Assembly: GCA_002269645.1 (NCBI GenBank)
Contig: NIVC01001009.1
Span: forward strand, 277,402-341,401
Length of the DNA stretch: 64,000 bases
Direction of reading: 5' to 3'
DNA from: Macrostomum lignano
Lineage: Eukaryota
Part shown: positions 50,335-62,475 of the stretch, one piece after another
How the letters are laid out: every line of letters starts with the position of its first letter
Numbering within the stretch: position 1 is the stretch's first letter
Translations under genes and position numbers: made by a program
Notes under the pieces: model-generated
Told to the model about the DNA's origin: nothing
What the model saw: only the letters and a program-made list of their open reading frames with translations
The model's database searches: none

Positions 50335-52739
50335 ATCACATGCAAGTTAAGAATTACATCTAATTGTGCAAAATATTTACATGTTTAATATTTGATCAAT
50401 TAGATTTGTAAGGTCTGTAGAGAAATTACAATTAATCAATTCAAGGTGCACTATTGGATTAAATTACGTATTGTCTGTATTAAGTTATTGATAGAATTTT
50501 TACGACAATTACATGCATTCTTCTGGAGAAGTAACATCATAATCTTATAAATTACATGTATCCTATCTTATATTTTTATCTCAATATTTTTATTTCACAT
50601 GTAATATTTAAAACCCATGTTTTATAAGGACCTTTAACTTTTACAAATTTTTTAGCGTCAATTGAAACCATTATTTGAATTGCTATTAGTTAATTTATTA
50701 ATTTACCACAATATTTTTGAGTTCAAAGTAATTGTAGTTAACTTAATTGTAGTTAACTACTGTCTTTATCAAGTGTAAAAAGAACGAAACATTTTTTGTA
50801 ATTGTCTACTAGTTTCTTTGTTTATTCATACTACATATTATTTTTTTTTATCATATTTAGAAAAGTTCTTACTTCATATTGTTATCGTCACATTATCACA
50901 TACAACGATAACGATAGATGGAGTTGACTAGATCCGATATCGAACCGTGGTTTTTTGAATATTCGCCTCTATAATAGTACTTTTTTCTACCAAAAAATTT
51001 AAATAAAATAAGTAAACGTTTGAATAATACTGTATTTTATTCATTTTTAAAAACACTTATGTCAACTTCATTCTTAAAGCAGTAAACATTTGTTTGAATA
51101 TGCGTTGTAACATATTCCGTTACGGCGGGATTTTAAAGTACGATTTGGGAACTGGAACTGAAAAACCGGTCATCTCTCTAGAACTTTATATTGGTTGGTT
51201 GGGTTGGGTTGGTTGGTGGCTATGGCACACACAGTGTATACTATTGACTTCTCGACTAATGAATGATGTGTTAGTCTGATCGGATTCGGTTTTTAAATAC
51301 TACCTTCCTGACATTGTGATAATAATATTCAACAACTTTTCTTTACTTTTTGAACGTGTTTGTGAACCTTTGTATATTTAGGGCAAATTTTGCCATTTTG
51401 GGCATAGGAACATTAAAATTAATGGCAATCTTCTAGTTTGTTTTCAATATTATTTTCAAGTTTAAATCAGCCCCACAATATAGTGCCTCTAAGCATTAGA
51501 TAGAGTGGTTGATAAAGTAAATGGATAGAGGTAGGATGATATCTATTTTTGAGATTTTTGAGACTCAAGATCTATTATGCCTAGGCCTATTTTACAATAT
51601 TCAAGATTTGATCAAGATTTGAGTTTAAGCCTAAGACTAGGCTAGGCCTAGACATAATTATTACCTAGGCCCCAGTCCTACGACCTACTAGGCCTACTAT
51701 TTGTGGCATCAAAGGCCAATCTGGCAACCAACTTGAACCAAGGCAGTTGCCAATGATAAAACAGTCTGTCACATTTTATTTCTTTTATTATTTTATTATT
51801 GCTAAGATTGGCTTGGCTGAAAACCTGAAGCCTGAGCTGATTTGAGCATATTAGGCCTATTTTTTTGTCAATGCATAAAATTGTTGCAAAAACAACTTTA
51901 TAAAATGGGACACTGAAATGGTCAGTTGCCAATTGGCAACTAGATTTTGAGCTCTAGTTGCCATTTGGCAACTGGATTTTGGACAAAAAAACCTAGTATC
52001 TGCAAAATACATCAAAATATAAAATTTTAGACTAATATTTAAACCAATATATTAATATTTCATTTTTGTGCAGATCATTTTGGCCTAACACAATTTCTCT
52101 ATATATTTTATATAATATTTTTATATAAACACAGCTTATGGCAAATTGCCTATTGTTTTCAATAGATTTATATGCATATAAGCCTTTAGTTTCATTATAT
52201 GCTATGCATCCTATTTTTTTATAGTACACAAGGATAGTAAAACTTTTTCTAGTAGTCCTTTATATTTCACTTAGCAAATGCACTAAGTTTAACCTATTTT
52301 TTTATTAGAGGCAGGGAGCTGTGTGGCACACTTTAAGCAATGTAGGCATACAACCGGCAAGATACATTACTGCCCATTCCGCCGACTCCCCTGAGCAGGC
52401 ATACAAACGCTTGAATACATATGCAAGCACACACTCACACAAGAGTATGCAGCGGCCCTAACTTTATTTTAATACAAGCTGTTGAAACCCGCGGATTTTG
52501 AAACATGGGGAATTCCAATCTGTAGAACTACTTTTGTATATATTCTGAAATCTAAGGCCATACACAAACAAATTAATGTTAGTAGGATAAAGGTAGACAT
52601 AAAATAGAGCACATTAGTGTAAAATTAGGGTTTGAGGCAAATGTTGATTTTGTTTCTTGGGGTACTCCACAGAATGCCAGGCAATGTCTGTCTGACTCTA
52701 AAACATATTGGCAAACTCTGGCCTCTCCTTGACTTTCCC

Positions 52740-53404
52740 TATGTCCCTTGGATCCTTTAAAATTTCTATCGTCTCTTCTGTTTCCTTTCTTCTCTCATAT
52801 CTTCCCTCATCTCTCTTATCTCATCTCTTCCCTATTCTTTTCTCTCTCCTCTCCTCTCTCCTTTCTACTTTTTGTTTTCTCTCTGCTCTCCTTTCTCCTC
52901 TCTCCTCTTTCATTTTCTCTCTCTTCTCCTCTCTCCTCTCTCCCATCTTCTTTTGTATCTTCCCTCATCTTTTTTCTCTTTCATATCTCTTATCTCATCT
53001 TTTCCCCTCTTCTTTTCTCTCTCCTCTCCTCTCTCTTCTCTACTTTTTCGTTTTCTCCCTCCTCTCCTCTCTCCTCTCCCCCCTCTTCTCTTGTCTCTTC
53101 CTTCTCCTCTCTATTCTTTTCTCTCTTCTCTTAACTCTCTCCTCTACTCTCTCATCTCTCCTCTCTACTCTTTTCTCTCTCTCTCCTCTCTCCCCTCTTC
53201 TCTCGTCTCTTCCCTCACCTCTTTCCTCTCTCTCTTTCCTCTCATCTCTTTTCTTGTTTTATCTCTTCTCTCTCCCCTTGTCGTTCATCTCGTCTCTTCC
53301 CTCACCTCTCTTCTCTCTCGTCTGCTCTTTCATCTCTCCTGACTCCTTTCTCTTCTTTTATCTTTTCTCTCTTATCTCTTCTCATTTCTCTCTGCTCTGC
53401 GCTT

Positions 53405-53482
<78 letters not shown>

Positions 53483-54300
53483 ATCTCTCTTCTCCTCTCT
53501 ACTCTCTCCCCTCTTCATTCTCCTATTTCCTCTTCTCTCTCCCTGTCTCTCCTCTCTCATCTAGTCTCTGTAATCTATTCTCTCTTATCTCTCCTCTGTT
53601 CTCTCTACTCTCCCATCTCTCGTCTGTTCATCTGCTCTCTCATCTGTCATCTTTACTCTCTTATATGTTCTCTCACTTATCTCCTCTGTACTCTTCTCTT
53701 TCACCTCTTCTGACTCCTCTCTTCCTTACTCCTCTCTTCTTTTCTCTTCCCTCTTCTATGCTCTCTCTCTATTATCTTCTCTCGTCTCTCTGGACTCTCC
53801 TCTCACCTTTTTCAACTCTCATCTCTTCTTTTATCTGTCTCATCTCTACAATCTCATCTCTTTCCTCTCTCCTCTTCCCTTTACTCTCTCATCTCCTTTT
53901 TCCCCTCTTCTTACACCCCTCTCTTATCTCTATTTCTTCTCTTCTCACCCCTTCTCTCCCCCTCTTATCTCCTCTTTTTTCTATCCTTTCTACTCTCTCC
54001 TCTCTTATCTCTCCTCTCCTCTTGACCCTCTGTCATCTTCTTTCTGCTCTCTCATCTCTACTCTCTTCTCACTTTTCTCTACTCTCCTCTCATTGATCCT
54101 CTGTCTCATCTCTCCCCTCTTCTCACCTTTACTCTTTCCTCTCTCTCCTTTCTCCCCTCCTCTCGCTTCTTCCTCCCTTCTTCTCTGCTCTCTCCTCACC
54201 ACTTGTCTCTCCTCTTATTTTCCATGTTTTTTTCATATCCCCCTCTCGCCTCTCCTCTCTTCTAATAGTCTATTCCTTCTCCTTTCCATTCTCATCTGGC
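52740..54300. repeat. 1.5-kb CT-rich low-complexity tract including pure (CT)n
   Basis: Read directly; source of the spurious 462-aa Leu/Ser ORF. Confidence 0.95.
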
Positions 54301-55999
54301 CCGCACATAAGCAGGATTCTTTATCTGGCTTTTGAAGTAAAAGTCTGCCCATTCCTGCTTGGAAAGCCAGTTTGTGGGATGTAGTACTCTCATGGCTGTT
54401 CTCATGCTTTGATCTTGTCATCTTTCTTGCCAATTTGCAGTCCTGAAAGGAATTTGTGTATTTTCAGCTCCACTGCAGTCTGCATCAGTCTAACAACCAA
54501 GGAAATATGCATTTCTTAGGGGACATTTAAAATTTAAAGTACTTTTAAGAGAAACCTAAAATTTCCATGGTGTGACTAATTTAGTAGGGTTGTATTGCAT
54601 TGCATTGCCTTTTCATAAATCTTTCGCTTTTATAAACCATGCTGGATTCCCTCGATTTGCCAATTGCCATCCACTGATAAAATGCTGCAGAGTTTGCCAA
54701 TACTGACAGTGGTTAGAATTTCTCACTAAACTGTTATGGCTAAATGTAGCCTCTCCATTCTCGGGGTGCAGAGAAGGCTATAAATAAAGTTATTCCAAAA
54801 CACTGTACATTGCCATGTACATTCAGTCCTATCCATCGCCTGACCCTTCGTCTGGCTCTGGAGGAATGAGTGAATGAGTGGCACAAACAACAGAAAAAGC
54901 AGACAAACTTCACATGCTTACAGTTTCTTTTCTGAATGAGTTACAGAGTTGTAACTTTACAGTTAGACAGAGAATGAGTCAATGAAGAATTGTGTCAAGT
55001 TTGAAGTCAATCACTTTATGTGGAGCAAACTTATGGCAGCTGAAAGTTAGTCAATTTTGAAACCCTTTTACACATCTGGGCCCAGATTGGGAAAGAGAGG
55101 CAGGCAGGCAGAGGTTGGAGTGGTTGCTACGCTGAAAAAAACAGCCTAACTTTAAAAGTGCACAGCACCACTTAGGATTCACTTTGAAACTCGAAGTTTT
55201 ACACAATTGTGTCAAAATAGTTGAAGATTGTTTGTGTAAAATTTGAAGAGGATCGGTAGAAGTGGAGCGGCGCTATGGAGGATTTAGTGAAAAAATCGCG
55301 CAATTTGAGCAGTTTTTGTACTTTAGGTAGGAAGACTTGAGTCTAGGAAATTAAAAGGTAGCCTAAGACATTCTCCGTAGTAATTTTAGGGTGGGTGTAA
55401 AGTTTGGTGTCATATCATACATGCGCAACTTCTGAAATTATGCTGGCCGTGCGACTTAGTTTTCGATAAAAAATGCGACTTACCTATGAAAGAGCCAAGC
55501 AAAAACTTTAGGTAAACGGCAGGAGTAACTATGACCATTTTTTAAAGCTAAATGCCTCGCCAGCTAATTAGTGCTGTGTGCAGATTTCGCGTTTTTATAA
55601 CAGCTAATCAGTATGTCATCTAGTGGCGGCATGAAGCAATTAGTAAATTGTCAGTACAGTGTAGTGAGCATACTACAAAAGTCATGATTCATGAATGTCC
55701 AGAAGTAAGTGAAGAGAATACAGTGTGACCTATAGCTCAAGAACGATTTGCTAGACGATTTGGCATGGAAGATGAGAGCCCTGATTCAGATGGCTCATCA
55801 GATGCAGAATACGAATCCAGTAGAGATACAAGCTGTGAAAACCCACAGATTTTTAAACCACTGAATTCTAATTCCCGGAACTATTTTTGCATAGATTCTA
55901 AATTTGAAGTCATGCTCAAACAAAAACTTGTTAACAGTTAGGAAAAAGGCAAAGATGGGAGTAATGCATGTTAAACTAAGATTTGAGGCCTTTGCAAAT

Positions 56000-56630
56000 T
56001 CTCTCCATTCCTCAATCTTCTCATCCTCTTTTTCTTTTCTCTCTCATCCCTTATCCCTTCCCTCTTTCCTCTCCTCTCCTATCTCTTCTGTCTCCTCTCT
56101 ACATTCTTATCTCTCCTCTCGTCTCTCTCCATTCCACTCTACTCTCTCATCTTATCTTCCCTCTCGTCTCTCTCCACTCTCTCATCTTATCTCTCCTCTC
56201 TTCACTCTCCTCTCATCTCCTCTTTATCCTCTCTTCTCTCATCTACTCTCTCCTCTTTCCTCTCTTCTGATCTCATCCATCATCTTTTCTTTCCTCTTTC
56301 CTCTCATCTCCTCTTCTCTCTCATCTCTTTTTCCTCCCTCAGCTTTTCTCTCCTCTTCTATCTTTTCTCCCATCGCATCGCTCGCCTCTCCTCTGTTTGC
56401 TTATCTCTAATCTTCTATTCCCTCTACTTTGAAGTAAGAAAATATGCACATATTTTTGCTGAAGATAAGAGGAGAGAAGAGGGCATTGAGGAGAAAGGGT
56501 AGAGAGAAAGGGGGAGAAGAGAGGAGAGTAAAAATGAGAGGAGAGAGAAGAGGGAAAAGGGGGAGAGAGAGAAGAGGGGAGGCAAGGTAGAGAAGAAGAG
56601 AGAGATGAGAGTTGAAGAGACACCAACCTT
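56000..56630. repeat. CT-rich tract followed by a GA-rich tract
   Basis: Read directly; composition flips at about 56460. Confidence 0.9.
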
Positions 56631-56639
56631 GCTACTCGT

Positions 56640-56716
56640 AGTTAGGAAGTTTCAAAGAACCCGAGGGGCGAGGGCCAGATAGAGGGGCTTCGCGAGCCGG
56701 AGTTTGCCGACCCCTG
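56640..56716 (-). mobile_element. Solitary hAT (Charlie-like) terminal fragment
   Basis: Minus strand reads CAGGGGTCGGCAAACTCCGGCTCGCG; the flank is CTCCAGAG. No partner end found. Confidence 0.45.
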
Positions 56717-56869
56717 CTCCAGAGTTTAAGAAATCAATGGGAAACTGTTGACGCGGGCTTCTGATTTCAAAGATCTTGTCTGTTGTTGAAGGCTTATATT
56801 CTGGTTTTGCTCTCCTGCCACACTTGCACCTACTACCCCCTGATTGCCTCTGATTGTGACTTACTTCCC

Positions 56870-57500
56870 TCTTATTGCGACTTAGTTGCTTCTTTTTGCG
56901 ACTTACCTAATCCTTTTTGCAACTTACTTAATCCTTTTTGCAACTTACCTAATCCTTTTGCGACTTACTTAATCCTTTTTGCGACTTACCTAATCCTTTT
57001 GCGACTTACCTAATCCTTTTGCGACTTACCTAACCCTTTTGCGACTTACCTAATCCTTTTTGCGACTTACTTAATCCTTTTGCGACTTAGCTGATCCTTT
57101 TGCGACTTACCTAACCCTTTTGCAACTTACCTAATCCTTTTTGCGACTTACCTAACCCTTTTGCGACTTACCTAATCCTTTTGCGACTTAGCTGATCCTT
57201 TTGCGACTTACCTAATCCTTTTGCGACTTACTTAATCCTTTTGCGACTTACCTAACCCTTTTTGCGACTTACCTAATGCTTTTTGGGACTTACCTAATCC
57301 TTTTTGCGACTTACTTAATGCTTTTTGGGACTTACCTAATCCTTTTTGCGACTTACCTAACCCTTTTGCGACTTACCTGATCCTTTTTGCGACATAGTTT
57401 GCTTCTTTTGCGACTTACCTGATCCTTTTTGCGACTTAGTTTGCTTCTTTTGCGACTTACCTGATCCTTTTTGCGACTTACCTGATTATTTTTACAACTT
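56870..57500. repeat. 21-22-bp TTGCGACTTACCTAATCCTTT minisatellite
   Basis: Read directly. Confidence 0.93.
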
Positions 57501-58565
57501 AGTTTGCTTCTTTTGCGAATTGTTTTTCTTTTGCTTCACGATTTTCCCTGAACTGCTCTTTCTTTCGCTTTCCTCTTGCCTTTCTTGGTTCTTGTGTTTT
57601 TCTGTTTTTGGTTGACTCAATTTTGCGACTTACCCCTGGTCAGCCACGATTTACGGTGGCCGGATCGGCCAGGTCGGCCAGCAGTTGCGCATGTATGGTG
57701 TCATATGGTTGAGCGGTTTAGGAGTCCATAGCGAAGTAATATGTCCACAGACAGACAGACAGAGTTTTGATTTTTATATGTATAGATAGATTAGGCATGT
57801 ATACTTCACTGTGCCTTGGGAGGTTGGCTCTCAAGGCCGTTAATTGCACAAGCAGAGCCAAGCTAAGATTCCAATTTAGCCCCAAATTAATGTGACTACA
57901 CTTGGAATCAAGCTTGGGTCACTGGCATACCAGAGCTTGCGCTAGACCACTAGGCTATGGCCCCTTAAGTTTAACCCATAGTTTGGATCATGCTATGTAC
58001 ATGCTCATACATGCGCAACTTCCAAAACTTGGTCAGCCATGCAACTTAGTTTTAACAAAAATGCAATGTAGTTTTTGGCTAAAAAATGCAACTTACATGT
58101 AAAAGAAACCCTAAAGCAAAATTAACGCAACTTTGTGTAAACAACAGGAGTAACTATGACTATCTTATTAAAGCAAAAGCTGCATTATATTCAAATGTAC
58201 TCTTTGGTTATTTATTTGGGTGGGCATTTTTGCAACTTACCTTGGTTGGCTGCCAAATCAGTTGGTCAGATTGGCTGATTCATGTATGTGCATGTTGCGC
58301 ATGTATATGCATGCCCAAACAAAAATCAATAGTTACAAATGGACCCCTCAAAAAATTGTGCCCATTCTTAAAACTCTGCCAGTAAATAAATTATTATTTT
58401 ATTATTTTTTCTCTAAGGCTCTGTGATCACTTTGCTTCAAAAACCTTTTTAATATTAAAAAGTTTTATTTTAAAAAAATCACAATGCTAAAATATTAAAA
58501 CCTAGCAACAAGCTCACTTGCTTGCTTAACCATGAGTTTATTAAAAAACTAAATGCCTTATCATC

Positions 58566-58950
58566 TAGAGCCTCTTCACGGCAATAGGTTCTAGAACCAG
58601 AATAAATTCGAGTTCTAGAACCAGAACCAGTGTGAAATGAGGAGCTTCAAACCCATTTTATGTTTGACAGTCTTTACAATTTAATTTTGTCATTCTTTGA
58701 CTTTGTTTCCTCTTGGATATGACAAAAAAGGAATAATTATATAACAACAATAAAAAATTGACGATTTCAAATATATTTTACTGTTAAAGTGTAAACATGA
58801 CAACGGTTCGAGAAAATTTCTCAAACCATATTCTAGAACCAGAACCATGTTCCGGAACTGATTCCGTTTTTCGAACCATCGATATGAAGAGCATCGAACT
58901 GGTTCGGAACCGGTTCCGTTTTTCGAACCAGCGATATGAAGAGGCTCCTA
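58566..58950. mobile_element. Possible hAT-like MITE with GAACC/GGTTC subterminal repeats
   Basis: Ends TAGAGCCTCTTCA and TGAAGAGGCTCCTA; many GAACC/GGTTC motifs. No TSD recognisable. Confidence 0.4.
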
Positions 58951-59534
58951 AATAGTATCCATCTATTTTTGGGTGGGCATTTTATGACTAACCTTTATTG
59001 GGCCCCTTGCTAGTTGGCTGGATTGACCAGCTTGGCTGGGTGTTGCGCATGTTTGTTGCTTGCCCTCCCTATCTTGATCTCTCATTTCCTAGCTCACTTA
59101 TTGCTTAAGAGTTGCTTTTAATTTGAATACATTGTTCTTCAGCCTAACCTAATTACCTTAACTGATAAATTCATCCACTGACCATAATTGACAACTAACC
59201 CTTTCTTTACAATAGATTGAACCTTTTGTTTGCCCAAATAATTTGAACCTATTCTAAACTTGAGCTAATCAAGCCTATATTTGGAACAGCTCCCAGTTAT
59301 ATTTTTTTCTTTGTAGGATAACATTGTGAGATTGTGAGCATCAAATGCAGTGGTCTGTAAGTTAATATCATATGATTGCATATTTTCAACTCACTTTTTA
59401 ATTTTGTTGCCAAATTTTTTGTGGTTAGAGTCAACTTTCATTTTTCTTTGTCATTTCTCATTAAGCAGGGTTAAGCTTAACTTGACTTTATGCATTATTT
59501 GAGCTCAACTATTAAATCAAGTTGCTGAATCAGC

Positions 59535-62475
59535 ATGGATCTTGACGACAGTACTGTACTACCAGATAAGAAGCTTATCCCTGCTGATCCCAATGCTGAT
59601 GACAGCCAGCAGGGAGATAAGGAGCCAACTCCTGAGGCAAACAAAAATGGCAATGGCATCATGGCCAAAGGCCAGACAGAAGAGTTGGTAGCCAATGAAT
59701 CGCAAAATCTCGAAGTTGCCAGGCTGCTACAACCAGAGCCAGATACAAAGGTTCTAGATGATGACAAGCCACTGGAAGTTGGCGGTTCGGCACCCAACGA
59801 TGCCTATTATACTGTGTTCATTTTGTTTGCACTGCACGGTATTGGCATCCTATTGCCTTGGAATATGTTTATCAATGCCCATTCTTACTTTGTGGATTAC
59901 AAGCTGTATACTAATGTGTCTGCTAATGCCGATTATCGCAGTAATTTTATGCATTACATTACACTGTCTGCCCAGCTGCCTAACATGCTAATGATGGCTT
60001 TTAATGTCTTCTTCCAACCTACTAAGCCGTCATTGAAGTCCAGCAACGATGTGCGCAAACTGATGCTTGTTATTCTAATTGAAATTGGCATCTGCTTGTT
60101 CACTGTTGCTCTGGCTGTAGTAGATAGTAGCCAATGGCCTGCCACTTTCTTTGGCATCACCATTGCCTGTATTGTGTTGCTGAATTGCTGCGCTGGTGTG
60201 TACCAATCTTCTGCTTATGGCATGGCTGCTCTGCTGCCAATGGCCTACTCCAATGCTATCGTGCTTGGTAAGCGTTCTGTGCTTTTGTTTAGTGTTGCTC
60301 TGTGTTCCTCTGGTCATTCAGCGGGTTCCTATCCCATACACAGGCCATTCGGCGGGTTCCTATCCCATACACTTGTCATTCAGCGGGTTCCTATTCCAAA
60401 GACTGGTCAGTCAACGGGTTCCTATTCCAAAGACTGGTCAGTCAGCGGGTTCCTATCCCATACACTGGTCATTCGGTAGACTGTTACCATTTATTATGCT
60501 AATCAGGTAGGCCTAAAGCTTTAAAATTGTACGCATTTCATCTGCATCCATCCCTATCCGTCACCAGGAAACAACGTATCTGGCACAGTAATTAGCTTGG
60601 TTAATTTAGCCAGCAAAGCCGCTTCAAGTCTCAACCTGCAGCTGACGGCAATTCTATACTTCTCGGCCGCTGTTATCATCCTGCTAATCTGCTTTGGTTC
60701 GCTGTTTCTGCTACCAAAACTCTCATTCTACCAGCACTACCAAGCCAGGGAGTTCGAAATTCCCATGCTAGAATTTGACGAGACTGCGAATAGCAATGGC
60801 AAGCCTGATGGCGGCAACGGCACGGTTTGCGAATCCGCGGAGCCGACTGTTGTTGTGGTGGACGTTGGCGGCGACGGCTGCTGCGACGACTACAGCAATA
60901 CGGCTGTTGAATGCTGCGCACTGTGCTGTCTTAGGGGCGGCGACTCTAAACTGGTCTGCAGCCGGTTAGTTAAAAACCAATGCTTCTACTCATGCTCTCA
61001 TAGTCTTGTGAAATTCACAGATCGAAAACTTTCAAGATCCAACTCTCCCAGATCCCTGTTTTTTAGCAGCCAATTCTCCCAGATACTCGATTGCTGAGCC
61101 ACCGTCCCAGATCCTCAGTTTCTCAAGCCACCCTCCCAGATCCTCAGTTGCTGGGCCACCGTCCCAGATCCTCAGTTTCTGAGCCACCCTCCCAGATCCT
61201 CAGTTGCTGGGCCAGCCTCCCAGATCCCCCAGTTGCTGGGCCACCCTCCCAGATCCTCAGTTTCTGAGCCACCCTCCCAGATCCCTCAGTTGCTGGGCCA
61301 CCCAGATCCTCAGTTGCTGGGCCAGCCTCCCAGATCCTCAGTTGCTGGGCCAGCCTCCCAGATCCTCAGTTGCTGGGCCAGCCTCCCAGATCCTCAGTTT
61401 CTAGGCCAGCCTCCCAGATCCCCAGTTGCTGGGCCAGCCTTCCAGATCCTCAGTTGCTGGGCCAGCCTTCCAGATCCTCAGTTGCTGGGCCAGGCTCCCA
61501 GAGTGTCAGTTGCTGGGCCAGCCTCCCAGAGTGTCAGTTGCTGGGTCAACCTCCCAGAGTGTCAGTTGCTGGGTCAGCCTCCCAGAGTGTCAGTTGCTGG
61601 GCCAGCCTCCTAGAGTGTCAGTTGCTGGGCCAGCCTCCTAGAGTGTCAGTTGCTGGGTCAACCTCCCAGAGTGTCAGTTGCTGGACCAGCCTCCTAGAGT
61701 GTCAGTTGCTGGGTCAACCTTCCAGATCCTCAGTTGCTGGGCCACCTTCAAGATCCTCAGTTGCTGGGCCAGCCTCCCAGATCCTGAGTTGCTGAGCCGG
61801 CCTCCCAGATCCTGAGCTGCTGAGCCAACCTCCCAGATCCTCGGTTGCTGGGCCAGCCTCCCAGATCCTCAGCTGCTGTTTAAACCATCGCATATAATAC
61901 CCGTTCCATATTTCATTGTCCACAGCTACTGGCGTCGCTATTGGGAGGCCTTTCGTCACTGCTGGGTCCACTGCGTCAGCGTTTGGTGCGTCTTTTTCTG
62001 CACCCTGGCCTGTTTCCCGGCGCTTCAGGCCACCATTGAGCCGGTGACCCTGCTAAGCCTGAAGGACTGGTTCGTTGACATCTTCGTATTTCTATTCTTT
62101 AATCTCTTCGCCATGCTTGGCAGCCTGGTGTCAACATTCTGGCAGTGGCCATCGCCTCGCTGGCTAGCCCTATGCGTTTGGCCTCGCCTATTGATATTTG
62201 TGCCATTCTTCCTCATGTGCAACTGCTTCCCGGATAGCCGCGCCGTCATTCCGGTCCTGATTCGCAGCGATACCGCTTTCATATGCGGTATGATTGTCTT
62301 CGCTTTAACGTCGGGCTATTTATCCTCGCTGTGCATGATGTATGCGCCAAGGAGCGTGGCCGATCCGGAAAAGCACGCAGGCTTAGCCGCTATGCTTGCT
62401 GCGTTCTTTCTTGTATTTGGCGTGTTTACCGGCATCCTGTTTGGCACTCTGTTGAAGGCTATGTTCTTCGCTTAG
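59535..62475 (+). CDS. SLC29A: Equilibrative nucleoside transporter (SLC29/ENT family), 559 aa; exons 59535-60267, 60568-60964, 61926-62475
   Basis: Motifs GIGILLPWNMFINAHSYF, GNNVSGT, VFFCTLACFP, FNLFAMLGS, LTSGYLSSLCMMYAP and GLAAMLAAFFLVFG. Junctions G|gtaagc..ccag|GA (phase 1) and CG|gttagt..cacag|C (phase 2). Confidence 0.93.
60310..60480. repeat. Short degenerate GGTCATTCAGCGGGTTCCTATCCCATACAC repeat, ENT intron 1
   Basis: Read directly. Confidence 0.85.
61085..61875. repeat. 28-bp CCCAGATCCTCAGTTGCTGGGCCAGCCT minisatellite, ENT intron 2
   Basis: GCCAGCCTCC at 61321 and 61349; a central block carries the AGAGTGTCAG variant. Confidence 0.95.

Larger units (their letters stand above)
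47557..51173. mobile_element. 3617-bp non-autonomous TIR element with nested cargo
   Basis: Perfect 27-bp TIRs ATGACCGGTTTTTCAGTTCCAGTTCCC (47557-47583) and reverse complement (51147-51173). Identical 8-bp flanks CTCTCTAG (47549-56 and 51174-81). No transposase ORF seen inside. Confidence 0.75.
55829..57786 (-). mobile_element. Candidate non-autonomous Helitron-like element
   Basis: Minus-strand 5' end A|TCTATACATATAAAAATC followed by (TGTC)n. 3' end ...GGGTTTTCACAGCTTG|T, a CTAG-like end. A diverged second copy of the 3' about 160 bp is at 52475-52640. Confidence 0.4.

Noticed and set aside
52708-54096. 462-aa Leu/Ser-rich ORF and overlapping ORFs
   Set aside because: The CT-only tract cannot contain stop codons; no domain features.
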